A stretch of 61,581 nucleotides of DNA, counting the filler, from Sluysia triapertura (lineage: Eukaryota), in the NCBI GenBank assembly GCA_046118255.1. It is 4 parts of 4 records of this genome, joined end to end, with 100 filler letters (N's around TTAATTAATTAA, not from the genome) between each part and the next. Parts side by side here need not be neighbours in the genome. Positions count along the whole stretch, not along the records: positions 20,241 to 31,616 come from JBJNIA010185435.1; positions 31,717 to 46,334 come from JBJNIA010253303.1; 2 more parts are not named here. One strand, written 5' to 3'. This document shows, piece by piece, positions 27,001 through 40,798 of the stretch (position 1 is the first letter of the stretch; every line of letters starts with the position of its first letter). The notes under the pieces were generated by a model, which saw only the letters and a list, made by a program, of their open reading frames with translations, was not told the DNA's origin and did no database searches. Both the position numbers and the translations under genes were made by a program.

Positions 27001-29148
27001 TTCTCATATTAGATAAATCTTAATGCTCTTAAAATTTAATATAGTCTTTATAGAATCTCATGTTAAATGACTATTTTATTTTAATCGAATATTAAATGTT
27101 ACTTGTTAAATTTTGAATTTATATTAACTATTAAATCTCATTTTAAACTGATGAAAAGCATTATAATCTTAATGAAAGTGATTTTAATTTTACTTTAAAA
27201 TTAATTTTTATTTTAAATTAAATCAATTTTAGATTTTAAAAATTAAANNNNNNNNNNNNNNNNNNNNNNNNNNNNNNNNNNNNNNNNNNNNNNNNNNNNN
27301 NNNNNNNNNNNNNNNNNNNNNNNNNNNNNNNNNNNNNNNNNNNNNNNNNNNNNNNNNNNNNNNNNNNNNNNNNNNNNNNNNNNNNNTGGAAATGAAAATG
27401 GTATTAACCAGATATTTCATGTAAATATCCAAATGTTTAATAATACAAAGCAATAAGAAAATAAGCATAAAATAGTAAATGGAGGCCACTAGGTGGAAAG
27501 AATAAGTAACAATATATGAAAGATTATGGATGAAAAAATTATAAAACAAAGACCGTGAAATAAAAATCATTAATATATTCGATATTAATTTGTAAAGGTA
27601 ATTCGTTAGTATATTTGGCATAAATTTGTTAAAAATTAAAGACAATACAATCTTAACGATTTTTTCTATTATATTTAAATCGCGAATAATTCAAATAAGT
27701 ATTTATTTCATTAAAATATTTCTCTAAAATATAACCTTCAAAGGAAAATAAGTAAACTCTATTTATATTATTCTTTTTATAAGTACTAATTATCGTTTAC
27801 GTAATTATTAGTTAATAGAAAAAATTCACTTCTTGTAAAATATAAAAGACAAATATAAAAGAATTAGTTTATTCACATCATTTGTTTTTTCGGTCTTGTG
27901 CTATCGTCGATTTCTAATCTATTTGCTAATTTGCTATTTGCTTTTTACTTAATTCTTAATTTAAGAGAATCTTTGAGATGTTTATTTCTCACATTCAGAA
28001 CTTTTAATCGGATTATTATTATTAGTTTTATTTTATTAACAATTTTTATTTTGATATTAAAATGTCTAAAAATATTACTGTCAAATTATACTATTAATTA
28101 TAATGATAATAATATTCGATTGTACGATTAATTTAGTTTAAAATTTTACTATAAATGCAATACACAAAGTCAATTTTTATTGGAGCCCACAATGAATATT
28201 GGAAACAATAAAAAGTGCATTTCCCTAAAAGTTATGTTTTCACAAATAATTCATGATCACTTAATGACCAAAAATATATAAGTATATATGGCCAATAAAA
28301 TTTTTGTACAATTTTGTACAGAGGCTGCATTAAATATTAAATAAAATTGAATTAATTAATAAGTTCTATATTAAATTATTGATTTTGTAAAATAAATTAT
28401 ATTCACACTGACACGAAATTTAACAATATTTTCTAATGTAAATTAATAATTGGGCAGTTCAATTTTGTAAAATTAATTATTGATTTTTTCAATAATTAAA
28501 AGTCATTAGTTTCATTTGGATTACATAAACAGTTTTATTTTTTCTTAATTATGAAAAATTAGCTGTAATTCATTTACAAGGAGAAATAAAGGAAAGAATT
28601 TCTAACGAAAGTGCATTACGAATGTACCTAAGCAGTTGTATAAGAATATACTTTTAATAGAAATTTGTCTTTCCTAAACTCAAATATTTTTATATTCTAC
28701 AATTCAGGAAGAAACTTTACATTAATTTTATTTATCTAAATGAAATATAATGTGCGTATAAATTGAATTTCTTGAGTTTTAAAATAAAAAATAGAATGCC
28801 TAGTTTAATTTTAATGATTAAATATAAAATTTTCTTTATAACAAATATAAATAAAGCGAAATGTGCTTTTAATGCATATTTGTAATGCGAATATTTAAAC
28901 AAAAAACACATCATTTATCAAATTATCAATGAACACTTAATTAAATCACATTAAATCATATAAATAACATATTAAAACTATGACATTAGGTCATATCGTT
29001 GCTATTGATCAATTAAAACACTATAATTTATTATTTTAATGTAAATTTCAAAAAGAAATTGGTGATTATAATGATCATTTTTAAGGAAATTAATAGCTGC
29101 TTCTTTTGGTGGTTTATTTTCATTTATGAAAAATCAATTGAGATTTAA

Positions 29149-29294
29149 TCCGTTGCGGTCCATTGAACATATTTCATTGACATACATTCATTACAATTGT
29201 GTTTCTTTTCCATTTATTCAAACTGACTTATATTCTAAAAATTAACCCGGACCTGGCGACCAGCACTCTAATAAAATCAGTGGACCACAAAGAG
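29149..29294. mobile_element. piggyBac-type MITE
   Basis: TTAA on both sides; imperfect terminal inverted repeats TCCGTTGCGGTCCATTGA and TCAGTGGACCACAAAGAG. Confidence 0.55.
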
Positions 29295-30113
29295 TTAAAG
29301 ATATATTAACTGTATAAATTTACTTCATCAAATAAATATATCATATTTAAATAGGAACAAATTGAGAGATTTTTGTGAAACAACTTTCATTTTTATGTCA
29401 AGTACTTTTTCATTCAGTTAGTGAAAGTACACAATTCACATTCAGAAATTGTATCAATACTTCACAATTTTGTCACAATTCAAATCTATAACGTCATATT
29501 TACCTAATATCCTCTCGAATTAAATGATTTTAGTCAAACGACACATTTCTGAGTATATGAGCGAACTCAATTTCATAACTTCATACATGTATTGCAGATA
29601 TAATCTGTACTTGATCTAAGTAATGACTCTCTCTTTATTTGGGTTTTTTATTAATTTTTATAAATTTTTCTTATTTTTAATTATTATTATTATTAATATT
29701 ATTATTATTCTGATAATTATTTATAATTACTTATTTTTAATTTAGAATTTAGAATTTTAGAACAATAAAAACTATAAAACTATTTATTAGAACTATAAAT
29801 AAAATTTAAAACAATAGATGAATGTTTTAAGTTAAAATTTATTTAAAATTAATGCTGTTAAGGACGTGGCCAAGTTTTTTCACTTTCCTATTTATTAAAT
29901 GTGACTCAATAGAATGCTGAAGTAATTGAATGAGTTCAAAACATTCATGCGATTAACATTCACATTTCATAAAATCATTATTTTCGTAATTATTCAATAT
30001 TTATTAACAATTTAAATTATTAAATGGGTCAATTTTGTTTTTATATTTAATTTTAATTATGAAATTTATGAATTAATGGTGATGATGATGATGATCATTA
30101 TTATTATTATTAA

Positions 30114-30165
<52 letters not shown>

Positions 30166-30440
30166 TCATTATTTCATAATTTAAAACTCCATTAAGCATT
30201 GAATATTATTAATTAATATTATAATAATTCCTTATTTCTTTGTTGATTATTGAATGGTTTTGTTATGTTTCAACTTGTACAATGATTAAATAAATTTTAT
30301 TCAAACTTTTTCTGGTTTACTTTTTACGTTTTTATTTGTTTGCTTAATTAAAAGTAATTTGTCAATGTCTACTTATTTTTCTTTTTTGACAATATAATTT
30401 TTATTATAATGTGATTATTTTTAAATTAATTTTCAATATA

Positions 30441-30720
30441 CTGTAAAATCCCATGTATAGGCCGCACCCGTTCATAAGCCGTACATTAGAAATTTTTTTA
30501 AAACGATCTTTTCTGTAGATAAGCATCATTTAGATATACATTTATGTATCAGTTTAATGATTCTTTTTAACTTTATAAATGTTACCCTGTTAAATCTTAA
30601 ACTTACTTTTCACAAACTGAAGTTGTCTTACTGTTTTAAAATCCCGTGTATAATCATAGTAAAGATTAAAAAACAACTTTTTTTCTTAGATAAGTCGCGT
30701 CTTATACATGTGATTATCGG
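30441..30720. mobile_element. pogo/Tc1-mariner-type MITE
   Basis: TA on both sides; imperfect TIRs CTGTAAAATCCCATGTATAGGCCGC and GCGTCTTATACATGTGATTATCGG. Confidence 0.65.
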
Positions 30721-30789
30721 TAAATATAAACTTAGAATAAATCATATTTAAAAGCTCAGTTCTGTCTATTCAAAATAATTTAATTCAAG

Positions 30790-30843
<54 letters not shown>

Positions 30844-30897
30844 TATCTTTATATTAATGCATATTTAGCAATTTTCATTCCTGCAATTCTATGACAG

Positions 30898-30996
30898 TTG
30901 ATGAAATAAAAAACGAAAAAGAACGCCTACTGGCCGAAAAAAGACGACTACAAAAGTTACTGAAAGATTTTGAACATGGCCTTGAAAGAATGACAG
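30898..30996 (+). CDS. FAM13-family C-terminal coiled-coil exon
   Basis: 99-nt AG..GT exon DEIKNEKERLLAEKRRLQKLLKDFEHGLERMT(G), resembling FAM13 EMREEKKRIRKKLRDFEDNFFRQNGR. Confidence 0.65.
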
Positions 30997-31616
30997 GTTA
31001 ATATAAATTAATTTATTATGGTTTAAACATTTTGAGTAATGGAAAATTTTTTTATTTAATTTCGTAATTGATTATCAAAATTAATAATTGAAACAAATAT
31101 TACAAAGTACTATTTATTACAAAGTGATAAATAAATAATGTTAGTAAGTATTAATAAACATAGTAGTCAACAGTATCGTAAAACAAATGTATCTGCAGTA
31201 ACAGCATATGAATCTTCGCTCTCCTTTAAATGGTTAAATGTTTAATTGTTTAAATATTTTAATGTACATATTTTATAGAATTGTTACGGAAAACAGAACA
31301 TTGAAGAGAAGAAACAATAAACAAATTACGGAGGAATTTTTCATATTCATAATCAAACTATTTAATTTTCTTAATCATTTTTCACTATAGATCCATTTTT
31401 TGTTAGATAATGATGCTACAATCTGCATATGATACTCTGCTTAAAAAGACTGAAATGAAAATCAGAACAATTTATTTAATTTTCATTTCAGCGTGATATT
31501 TATTTTGGTAATTTATTGGATAATGGGCTACAACTTGTGTCTTATAATGTTAAGTAGGTATGTCTGTAGCTACATAAATTAAATAACTTGATGTGTGGTT
31601 TGTATTTATTTTATAT

Positions 31617-31716
31617 NNNNNNNNNNNNNNNNNNNNNNNNNNNNNNNNNNNNNNNNNNNNTTAATTAATTAANNNNNNNNNNNNNNNNNNNNNNNNNNNN
31701 NNNNNNNNNNNNNNNN
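31617..31716. other. Artificial assembly linker
   Basis: 100-bp N/TTAATTAATTAA/N spacer. Confidence 0.97.
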
Positions 31717-33671
31717 TCAAGCATTTACATATTAAAATTGATAAATTTATTACTACGAAAAATAATTCCTCACAACCAATTACAAGCACAGTTTCGTGGA
31801 AATACTGTACTCAAGATTTGATTGGTTTATTGGAAATTTTACAAAACCTTTGCCACGATTATCCAGATGCTCAATCAGCTGCGGTGGCCGCAGGAATACC
31901 AAGTGTTGGGTTTAGTTATTGAGATTAAATTATAGTATAACATTTATTTACTATTGTTTGCGAAATATACTCGAGACTGGTTTCACTTTATTCTACAATA
32001 AAATATCAAAATGTGGAAATATTTTTTACTTGAATAATTTAATTGATTTTAATCTACGTGAGTTCCTTACGATGTTAGTCTTATAAAATGTTAGGCGTAT
32101 GAAATAAGATCAAAAATCTTAGAATAAATTCTTATCTGGGGGTTTCTGGAAGGTTAAAGCTTCGTAAAAGATCTACTTACGTGATGTCAATGGTTTAGTT
32201 TCTGTCGTCTTGCAGTGACAAGTTTATAGGTACAGATTTTACTTAGAATCCCAATTAAACAGGATCTATGATAAAAATTTTAAGTATTAAATCGGTTATG
32301 AATGTTATATTTAAGGATAGTTTGAAAACAATATAAATTATTACTACGAAAGAAATGGTTTAAAAATAACTAATATAGTAATTTTCAAGATTAAAACCCT
32401 TTTTAAACGGTTGATTCTGTTCGAAGAAATCCTCTAGAAAGAATCATCTAATAAATTATGCTTGCCAAGGAATTATAATTGACGAAATTTTTTCGAGAAT
32501 TAATTTTTTGTGTTTCTTTATTAAAGTTGGTTGTTTATGTACAGTTTTTTCAAGGTTAAAAATAGAGTTTTATTTTAAACAAAAATTGAAATATGCTTAA
32601 TTTTGGAATTAATATTTGTTGAATTAAAAAATAATTTGATTTTTAAAATTACTAAATTAATATATTAAAAGTTATTTAATTATTTCCAGGTAAAATCATT
32701 TTATGTTTTTAGAAATCTAATATAAATGTACAAAATATTTGATATTATTTTTAGATTATTGATTTATAAAATAATATAATATACATAAATACATAAATAC
32801 ATAAATATTGTATTGACTGAAATACACGCATTTATAAATAGTATATGACAAATATATAGTAATTTATAAATAGTATATTGACAAAAATATGTCTGACAAT
32901 TTCAACTGCATCTGCTCTTTGACGCCTCATAAGTAGATGTATGCTTGTTTATGATGTTAGTAGAATGGAAATGTGATGCGGATATTATTAAATGAAAATA
33001 TATAACAGATATGTTTGATTCTGCCTTGATAAATTGTAAATAATATTGTTTAATTATAGGATTTTGTTTTTGTAGTATGTCGTATTATATGGTTGAGTTT
33101 ATACATTATTAATGTTCCTGTATATTGTTTATATATTATAAAAAAGTAGTTTCACAGTCGATTTATTGGTTAGTTAATCAGAAAAATGAATCAAAAACTA
33201 AACCATTCAAAATCACATACAATTTGAACATATTATACTTCTTTAAACTTTTCACTTTAAACCTTCTATACTCTTCCACATCCTTTTATATATTTAAATA
33301 TCAAGTTATATCATATTGTACTGCTTTAAGAACTTTTAACATATTTATCTAAATTTGTTATAAAATTATTAAGCCATATATCAATTTTTTATTTCGTTTC
33401 AATTAATTTTTCCAACAATTTTATGTATTATTTTATAACATATTAATATTATTATATATTAATGTTTATTTGGTATCCAGTATTGTAGACAAAGTCTATC
33501 GTAAGTGTTTTATATTTTGTCTTTTTCACAATGTTCTTCGATTTGAAGCATTTGTATTTTTTGTTAATTACCTCAGGGCTTATTGTTCTAGTTCTAATGT
33601 TTTTAAATTATAGATTACCAAAAAATTATTATCTAATCAATTAAAAGCAACATTGAGAATATTATTATTAC

Positions 33672-33725
<54 letters not shown>

Positions 33726-35864
33726 GGAAGTATGGCACTTAAGGCGCTTAAAATATACATACATTGACTTAACGTCGTTAATAAGCATAGTTATTCTGCA
33801 TTTAAAATCGTTTATTTGGGTGCTCAAATCAAAATGGGACAAAATGGTAAAGTTTTATTAAGATTAAAATTAAACCTGTTAAAATATAAAATTCCATTTT
33901 TAAACGAGAAAAATACGATCGCGTTTCGTAAAATCGAACAGTCTTTCATCCCTGAAAATTATAATTTTTCCCCTGTTTAAGTTAATATTTAATAATGCAT
34001 AGATACTCGGAAGTAAATGGTCGCTCGTCTCTGATCTAAGAGATGAAAATGCAGTCTTAATTACATATTTTCTATTTCGATTTTAAAATGAAGAAACTTA
34101 CAGGTTTAAACCACATGTAATATATATTTTAAAATATTGTAATGAAATATCAACTAATTTAATTTAATTTTTATGTTAGATAACGAATTCTTTAAATATT
34201 ATTCTATAATAACAAGATGATATAATGTTACTGTTAATATTTTCTTCTTAAATTATCTTCTCTCCAATAATAATATAATGTACTTTGAATTATCTTCTCT
34301 TATTTATACTTTTTCTTTGGTGCGGGGTAATTTTTTATAGAATAACATAATTGTAATAAAATTAAGTTATGGTTTAACAATAAAAACAAATATTATTAGT
34401 AAGACAATAAATAAATATATTATTATTCAAAAGTAATAATTAAGTATATATTTATTGTTTTTATAAAATAATAAAACAATTATTATCTAAATATATTTTT
34501 ATATTTTTTCATAAATTTATTCAGTTTTACTTATTTTTATTTGCAATTAATTTTATTTAAAATTTTCACATTTTTATTTCAATTTTATGATTGATTTTAT
34601 TTATAACAATATTTTGAATTAAAGTTATCGTAATATTTCTGTTGTGTTTAAAGTAAAAGTTAGTAAAACATCTTTAATCTTTGAAGTGTGATGTCTAAAA
34701 CCAGTTCTATTTATACGTAAACTATCTTCGAATGCATAAAATAATATTTAATGTATTAGTTGTAAAAATTATGTGTTTGACCAGTTTATTTAATTAAACT
34801 AAGTCGGTATTTGAATAATCCGAAAGAATAGTAATAGAATGTTCAATGTTTATTATATACAAACAATAAATCTGACACATCAATCATTAGAATACATCTG
34901 TAGACCACTCTGTGCTAGCATAACATGTAACCTTACAAATGAATATGAATATGTTCTGGGTTTTTGGACAGATATTTCCTTTTGAATGAAAAACAGTTCA
35001 TAAAGGCATCAATTTTATTAGAGATTTGTTTACAAAATAATAACTTTTCCAGTTTAATCAAATATTAAAAACTGAATGATAATAATAATAATAATGACTC
35101 TTCAATCAAATTGCAATAAGCAAATAATAATAATTGTCTAACAAATAATAATGAAGTCTATATATGTAATTATTGCTTAATAGAAAATAAAAGTTTGTAT
35201 AGAATTTTCTGTCTAAACTAAATTATGATTTATTAATTTTTCAATTCCATTCTATACTAATTATTCTACAGTTAAGTTTTTATATCGCCAATTTCTTTCT
35301 ATAATTCTAGCCTGCATATATTAATTTCTTCAATAATATTGATTGTACCGCATTATGTACATGAATACACTCATGTGATTGGTTTATATTACTTTATATT
35401 GCATTTCTATTTTAATAAAAACATATTTTTCCTTATTCGGCGGTGCCGTCTGACCCATAATCTTCTAGACTTGCTAATTAATCTTGTTATTCTAGTTGTA
35501 CTTTCATCCAATATTTTAATTTATTTAGACCATATACCGATTGTGGACAGTGGCTCAATTAGACTCAAATCCAACTCGGCCAATTTTACATACACTGTTA
35601 CTTTGTTTTATCAATATCACATCTTCAAATTCTGCTCACATCTTACGAACTGTGGTGCAGGCTCATCAGCATAATTCAAATACTGATCAACTATTATTTA
35701 CTGGTAATTGTTCATTGGTGGAAAGTGTAATTCAATTTATTCAACAAGAATTCGACATGGTTGCTAGACAGCATCCTGCTACGAAGTGGCACATAATTTC
35801 AGCGGCATTCCGGTTACTAGCAAATTTAGCATGGTCATCTGAAGCTTTAATGGTATTGACTCGG
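31717..35864 (+). CDS. RTTN: Rotatin (Ana3) C-terminal armadillo-like region; exons 31717-31904 (5' truncated) and 35529-35864
   Basis: Spliced DLIGLLEILQNLCHDYPDAQSAAVAAGIPS|TIYRLWTVAQLD..AAFRLLANLAWSSEALMVLTR aligns with rotatin [63 protein letters not shown]. Phase-0 junction. Confidence 0.8.
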
Positions 35865-37479
35865 GTTAGAGAATATAATGATAAACTAAGAACCCAGTTA
35901 ATACAATAAACACAGTTTTTGTAAATATTTTGTGTTTAACTTTTGATGGTTGTTCTTTGATATAATATTTACTGAATTAGTGATTCGTCAGAAAATTACA
36001 CCAACCAATAAAATTTTTTCCCAATAACGGAATTATACCTTAAACTAACTTACAAAATGAATATATAATACAAAGGGTTCGTCTATAATCTACAATTTAT
36101 GTTGAATATAATGACGTATCTATAGGTTTTGACTCCTTGTAATAAATTGAGAGTCATTATATCTAATGCCTGTGGAGTGATATATTCTTACACATTATAC
36201 AATTAATATAACCTTTATTTTTTATTTATTTATACATTTTACTTATAACGGATAACTTATTTTCTAACAAACTAATTAAATATAACAATAAATATGAATA
36301 TATTAATAAGTTATGTAATAAACAATAAAACTGAAATAGACACGCGCACACACATATATAAACAAAATTTATTACTATTAAGGATTATTCTTTAATGCAA
36401 AAAATAAGTGAATTTAAAAAATGATTTTTCACTGGCTTAAGCCAGCAGCAAATATTTTTAATTTCAGTCTGAATTTTTATCTTACTTAAGTAATATAAAA
36501 CTTATCAGTACAAAACCTACGAAGATTATTATTATCATGAGACAGATTTTCAGATAGGATTATTTCTTCTGCAACGTATCGGACAATTAACTAGTATAGA
36601 TTTCGAACTTAACTAATAAAAGTTTCCTCGGAGATAGATTGAACATTTGTCCAAAATTTTCGTAAGAAATTTTTCAGTTACTTTTTGTTCTGCCTCATCT
36701 TTTCGTAATTTTCTCGATTTATATTGGAAGGTTGGTGAATATTTTATTTAAGAAACTATTTATTTGTTTTTTTGTGAGTGTTAAAGTAACTATTATACGC
36801 GTTGATAAGTTACTGTCACATTTTATTTACCATTATTCTCATACTAATAATTAATTAAGTTAAAATTTTATATTTTATAATTCCATTAAACTTTTCAATA
36901 TTCTATTCAGAATTCTCAATTATATCCTTATCCCTTCATGTACCTATGAACTGATCCACTGTTGATATCCCTACATAATAATTATTTTAATCATCATCGT
37001 CATATATCGACAAAACAATAATAACAATTAGTGATAGTACAATTAAAACTAGTAAGAATAACATTAAAAACAATAATAATAAATAGTCCATTAAATAATA
37101 AGAACACTGAATTCCATCTGATAATATATTTCAATAATTACTTGGAACCGATATGCACATAATATAATAAATGAATAAATTGTATAAACAGACTAACTCT
37201 TACTTGCTTCTATATTCAAGTAATTCCATTTTGTTTTTGAAAAAATATAATCTTTGTATAAATTACGTATCAAATGTGAATAGACTTTGTATAGATTTCA
37301 GATAAGGTTTGAATACGTAGACTAAAAATTATCTATTTTTGAATTATTTTTCTTTGTATTAGCCATCTTCTTATTTGTTAATTTTCTTTTGTTAAATTAA
37401 AATTGAATCCATATAAATGAAAATATTTTTATAACTGTCATAATTTGATTCTTAAAGTGCCACTTTATTGTTATATTCA

Positions 37480-38118
37480 ATAATCGAGAACTATAATGTC
37501 GACCAATGTCAAAGAAATTAAGAATAGGACGATGCACCGTACAGCTATCTCAATAAATTCTCAAACCAGTCTTTCAGTGTTCAGAGTGTATCTACAAAAC
37601 TGGGAGTTCCTGCGATGGTTCCTCAAAAGGATTGCCTCAGAAGGCAGTACTGTTATTAGATAGTGCTTCTTGTCATCCAAATGAAAGCATACTGAAAACA
37701 GACGATGGCTGCAAAATTTTTACCACCTAATGTAACATCTTTAATTCAACACCTATGGATCAAGGAGTTACCATTATCGCAATGTTCTCCTTAGAAGCTT
37801 TTGCAGCGAGAATGATTCATGGAAAAAAATGACAATGCTGGATGCAATTTATGAAGCTGTTAAATCTTGGAACAAAATTAAGCCAATAACACCAGTTCGA
37901 TCTTTGTTGAAAATTTTGTCAAATGTAAGAAGTAATGTTTCAGACTCTATCGAACCTGCGATATGTAACATTTCAGAATTATGTGAAGTAACTATGAAAT
38001 AAAATCAGAGTGACAGTGATATTTTTTTAAATCTAATTTCAAATTAAAATGAAAATAAAAACGCGGATTATCCGTGTCGGGCCTCCCATCATTAGCCCGG
38101 ATAATCGGAAGTTTGCTG
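37480..38118 (+). mobile_element. Decayed Tigger/pogo DDE transposon, 3' part
   Basis: Frameshifted [38 protein letters not shown] (DDE_1 motif) and a right TIR cggataatcggaagtttgctg followed by TA. Confidence 0.85.
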
Positions 38119-39017
38119 TATATGAAAACGGAATTACAAATTTGAAAATATAATTAATTATAATTATAATTATATTATAATTAATTATAATAATAAATCT
38201 TCAATTATAGGAATTACAAAGGACAAAAATACAAAAGGAATTATAAGTAATGGTGACGACGACAAAATTTAAAATATAATTAACCGTAATCCTTTATATA
38301 ATAATGATTAAATTAAGATTATACAGATTTTCCAGCTCCAACGAACATTACTCACTTTAAAATAACATTTAATAATGCTACATTTTCTCTTCTAACAATT
38401 AACATAGCTTTTGGTATAATTTTCTCTATTTTTAGTAACTTTTAACTGCTGAAAAACATTTTCACTATGCAATATACTAACTTTACGTTTTTCGATGAAA
38501 TAGATATCAAATTCAGAATCATGCTTAACAAGGTTCCATTCTACGTCCAGTTAGTTCATACGATTGTTCTATTGTTGGATTGCTCATGCAAGAAATGTTT
38601 GCGTTGAATAAAACTTTAAAAATAGAAGGTGAGTCCACCAACGTATTGGGCTTACTAACTTAATGGCCAACCGTTGGATTTATATTCACTTGCTAAAAAT
38701 CTCTAGTTAATTTATAAGGAGGTCTTTAATTAAAAAGTTTAAATGTTTAAAAATCAGATTTTAATGAGATTCGATGAAACGAACCTTTTTTTATTTAGAT
38801 TTTAATAAGGTACAGAAAAAGAACCTGTAAACTTAAAGTACATTAATGTGGTTGTTACGTTGAACTGGTGCTTTTATTGTAAATTTAGAATAACAAATTA
38901 TAAGAATTTTATTTCACAAAATGTACATGACAAATTCATATAATAAAAACAATAAATGTAATAAATTAAAATTGATTATAAATATAATCAAAAAATAATG
39001 AGTTTAAGTAATATTTT

Positions 39018-39177
39018 TGTTGGGGTAAAAGGCCTAAAATGTGCCAAGTAGTATAATTGAATACATTGAAAGTGAATTTGTTAGGCGGGGCTGATAGCTC
39101 AGTGGTAGAGCATTCGTACTGCGCAGACGATGGTCCCGGGTTCGATCCCCGGTCAGTCCATTTTACGAAGTCTAACA
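39018..39177 (+). mobile_element. Solo LTR-like element containing a tRNA-like gene (Helenus-like), copy 1
   Basis: TGTTGG...CTAACA termini, 4-bp TSD TTTT (39014-17 and 39178-81), internal tRNA-like sequence; close inverted copy at 43012-43170. Confidence 0.8.
39088..39160 (+). tRNA. tRNA-like (Cys-related) sequence inside the element, probably non-decoding
   Basis: Acceptor stem GGGCTGA/TCAGTCC, A box TAGCTCAGTGG, B box GGTTCGATCC, then TTTT. The anticodon arm is irregular. Confidence 0.55.
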
Positions 39178-39753
39178 TTTTAATAAGCTATCATGAAACG
39201 ATAGCTGTACAATGTTATCTAAGATTTTAAGTGTAATTTAAAAATGTAATGTTAAATATTACGGAAAACTTATAAAAAACAAACTAACGATGAAATTTCG
39301 CAAGAATAGAATCGGATTAATTATTGTTGCTGCTCGAAGTCAAAATCGCGTAAGAACTAATTGTCAGAGAATTGGCGTTTGAATTCAACGAGTTTTAATT
39401 GTGTGTTTTTGCAAAATTTTAAGCTTATTTATATAGGTCCAATGACCTTGAAAGATAATTGAAACAAAATGAATTTTTTAGTTTAAAACAAAATAAATTT
39501 TAATTTGAAGAACTTAGCGTATTTTTTAATATTTCTAATTGTATTTTATAAAAATGTAAAATGACAGCGACTAACATTATTTTCCCAAAATAATTCCATA
39601 AAAATCAAAGTATAAATTTGCATTAGATATTTAAAACATAAAAATTATTGATTAAATAATTATATAATTTAAAAATTATTGATCTAAAATTAGATATAGC
39701 TTGTTTAGAATTTAAATCTGTGTGTTTAGAATCTAAAATTAGATATAGCATTA

Positions 39754-39827
39754 TGTGTGTTTAGTTTAGCTTTACAATGTGTGTTTAGTTTAGCTTTACA
39801 ATGTGTGTTTAGTTTAGCTTTGCACAA
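39754..39827. repeat. 24-bp tandem repeat, three copies
   Basis: tgtgtgtttagtttagctttacaa repeated three times. Confidence 0.85.
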
Positions 39828-40798
39828 TCAACAATATTGTTAACAAACATTAAAAACATGAATTTAATTGATTTTCGATTTTTTACACCCAATTTTCTAA
39901 TGAAAAATGTTTTAAGCTTCCTCGATAAAATACTTGCATATTAATTTATTTATTATGTTTATTTCCCAACTAATAATTTATTGATAGAGGTACTACTTCT
40001 GACTCTACCAAACTACACTCTTTATTGATGACAGATGTTGCAGATAAACTCAGTTAGTTCAATATTATTATATTATCCCGTTTATCCTGTTAATCAAAGT
40101 AATAACCGGCACTGAATAAAGCACCCATTGCAAATTTACAGAAAATCGTATCCCGCAAATAAGAAACAGGATATCGAGTCCTGCTGCGTTCCATTTCCAA
40201 GTAGGAGTATATTCGTGTTTGATATTTGTACATATAAATGATTATTTATGACAAAACATGTGTGTATTTATCTTGAAATAATAAAACTTAGAAAAACAAT
40301 AACACTCAGAACAAAAAGCGAATAACTTCATACAATTTAGGCTTCACAGCGCATGGTTTAACAATATTTCATTACAATCTAATGTAAAGTAATAACACAT
40401 AATGTTTAATAACATTCATGATAAACAGCATGAATCAACTATAGTGACAATTAGATTTTCTAGGCGACAAGCAATCATTTCAATCGTTGTTGATAAATTA
40501 AGACAATGTATTTATTGTTAGTGGATTTATAAAACACTAAGCTTATTTTATTTTATTATTATTTTCAAAGATGCTTCAAATTAAATAACAGTACTTTTTC
40601 TTTATTTAAATGTTTACTTTTCGAACATTAAATTTCATTTAATTAAATAAATTAAACAAACATATTATTAGTAAAACATATTTTATTTTCATAAAACACA
40701 TTTGCCATTTGTTTTTTGTTTCAAGTATCAAATTTACATTTTTCAACTATAAAAAGCAATCAAACATTTAGTTCATTTAACGTGAACCAATTTTAGTA

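Noticed and set aside
39088-39160. Functional tRNA gene, or a standard tRNA-SINE
   Set aside because: Irregular anticodon arm, shared 70-bp 5' flank, TG..CA ends, fixed 4-bp TSD and no A-tail.
39682-39827. CRISPR-like repeats
   Set aside because: Head-to-tail tandem units without unique spacers, eukaryotic context, no cas genes.
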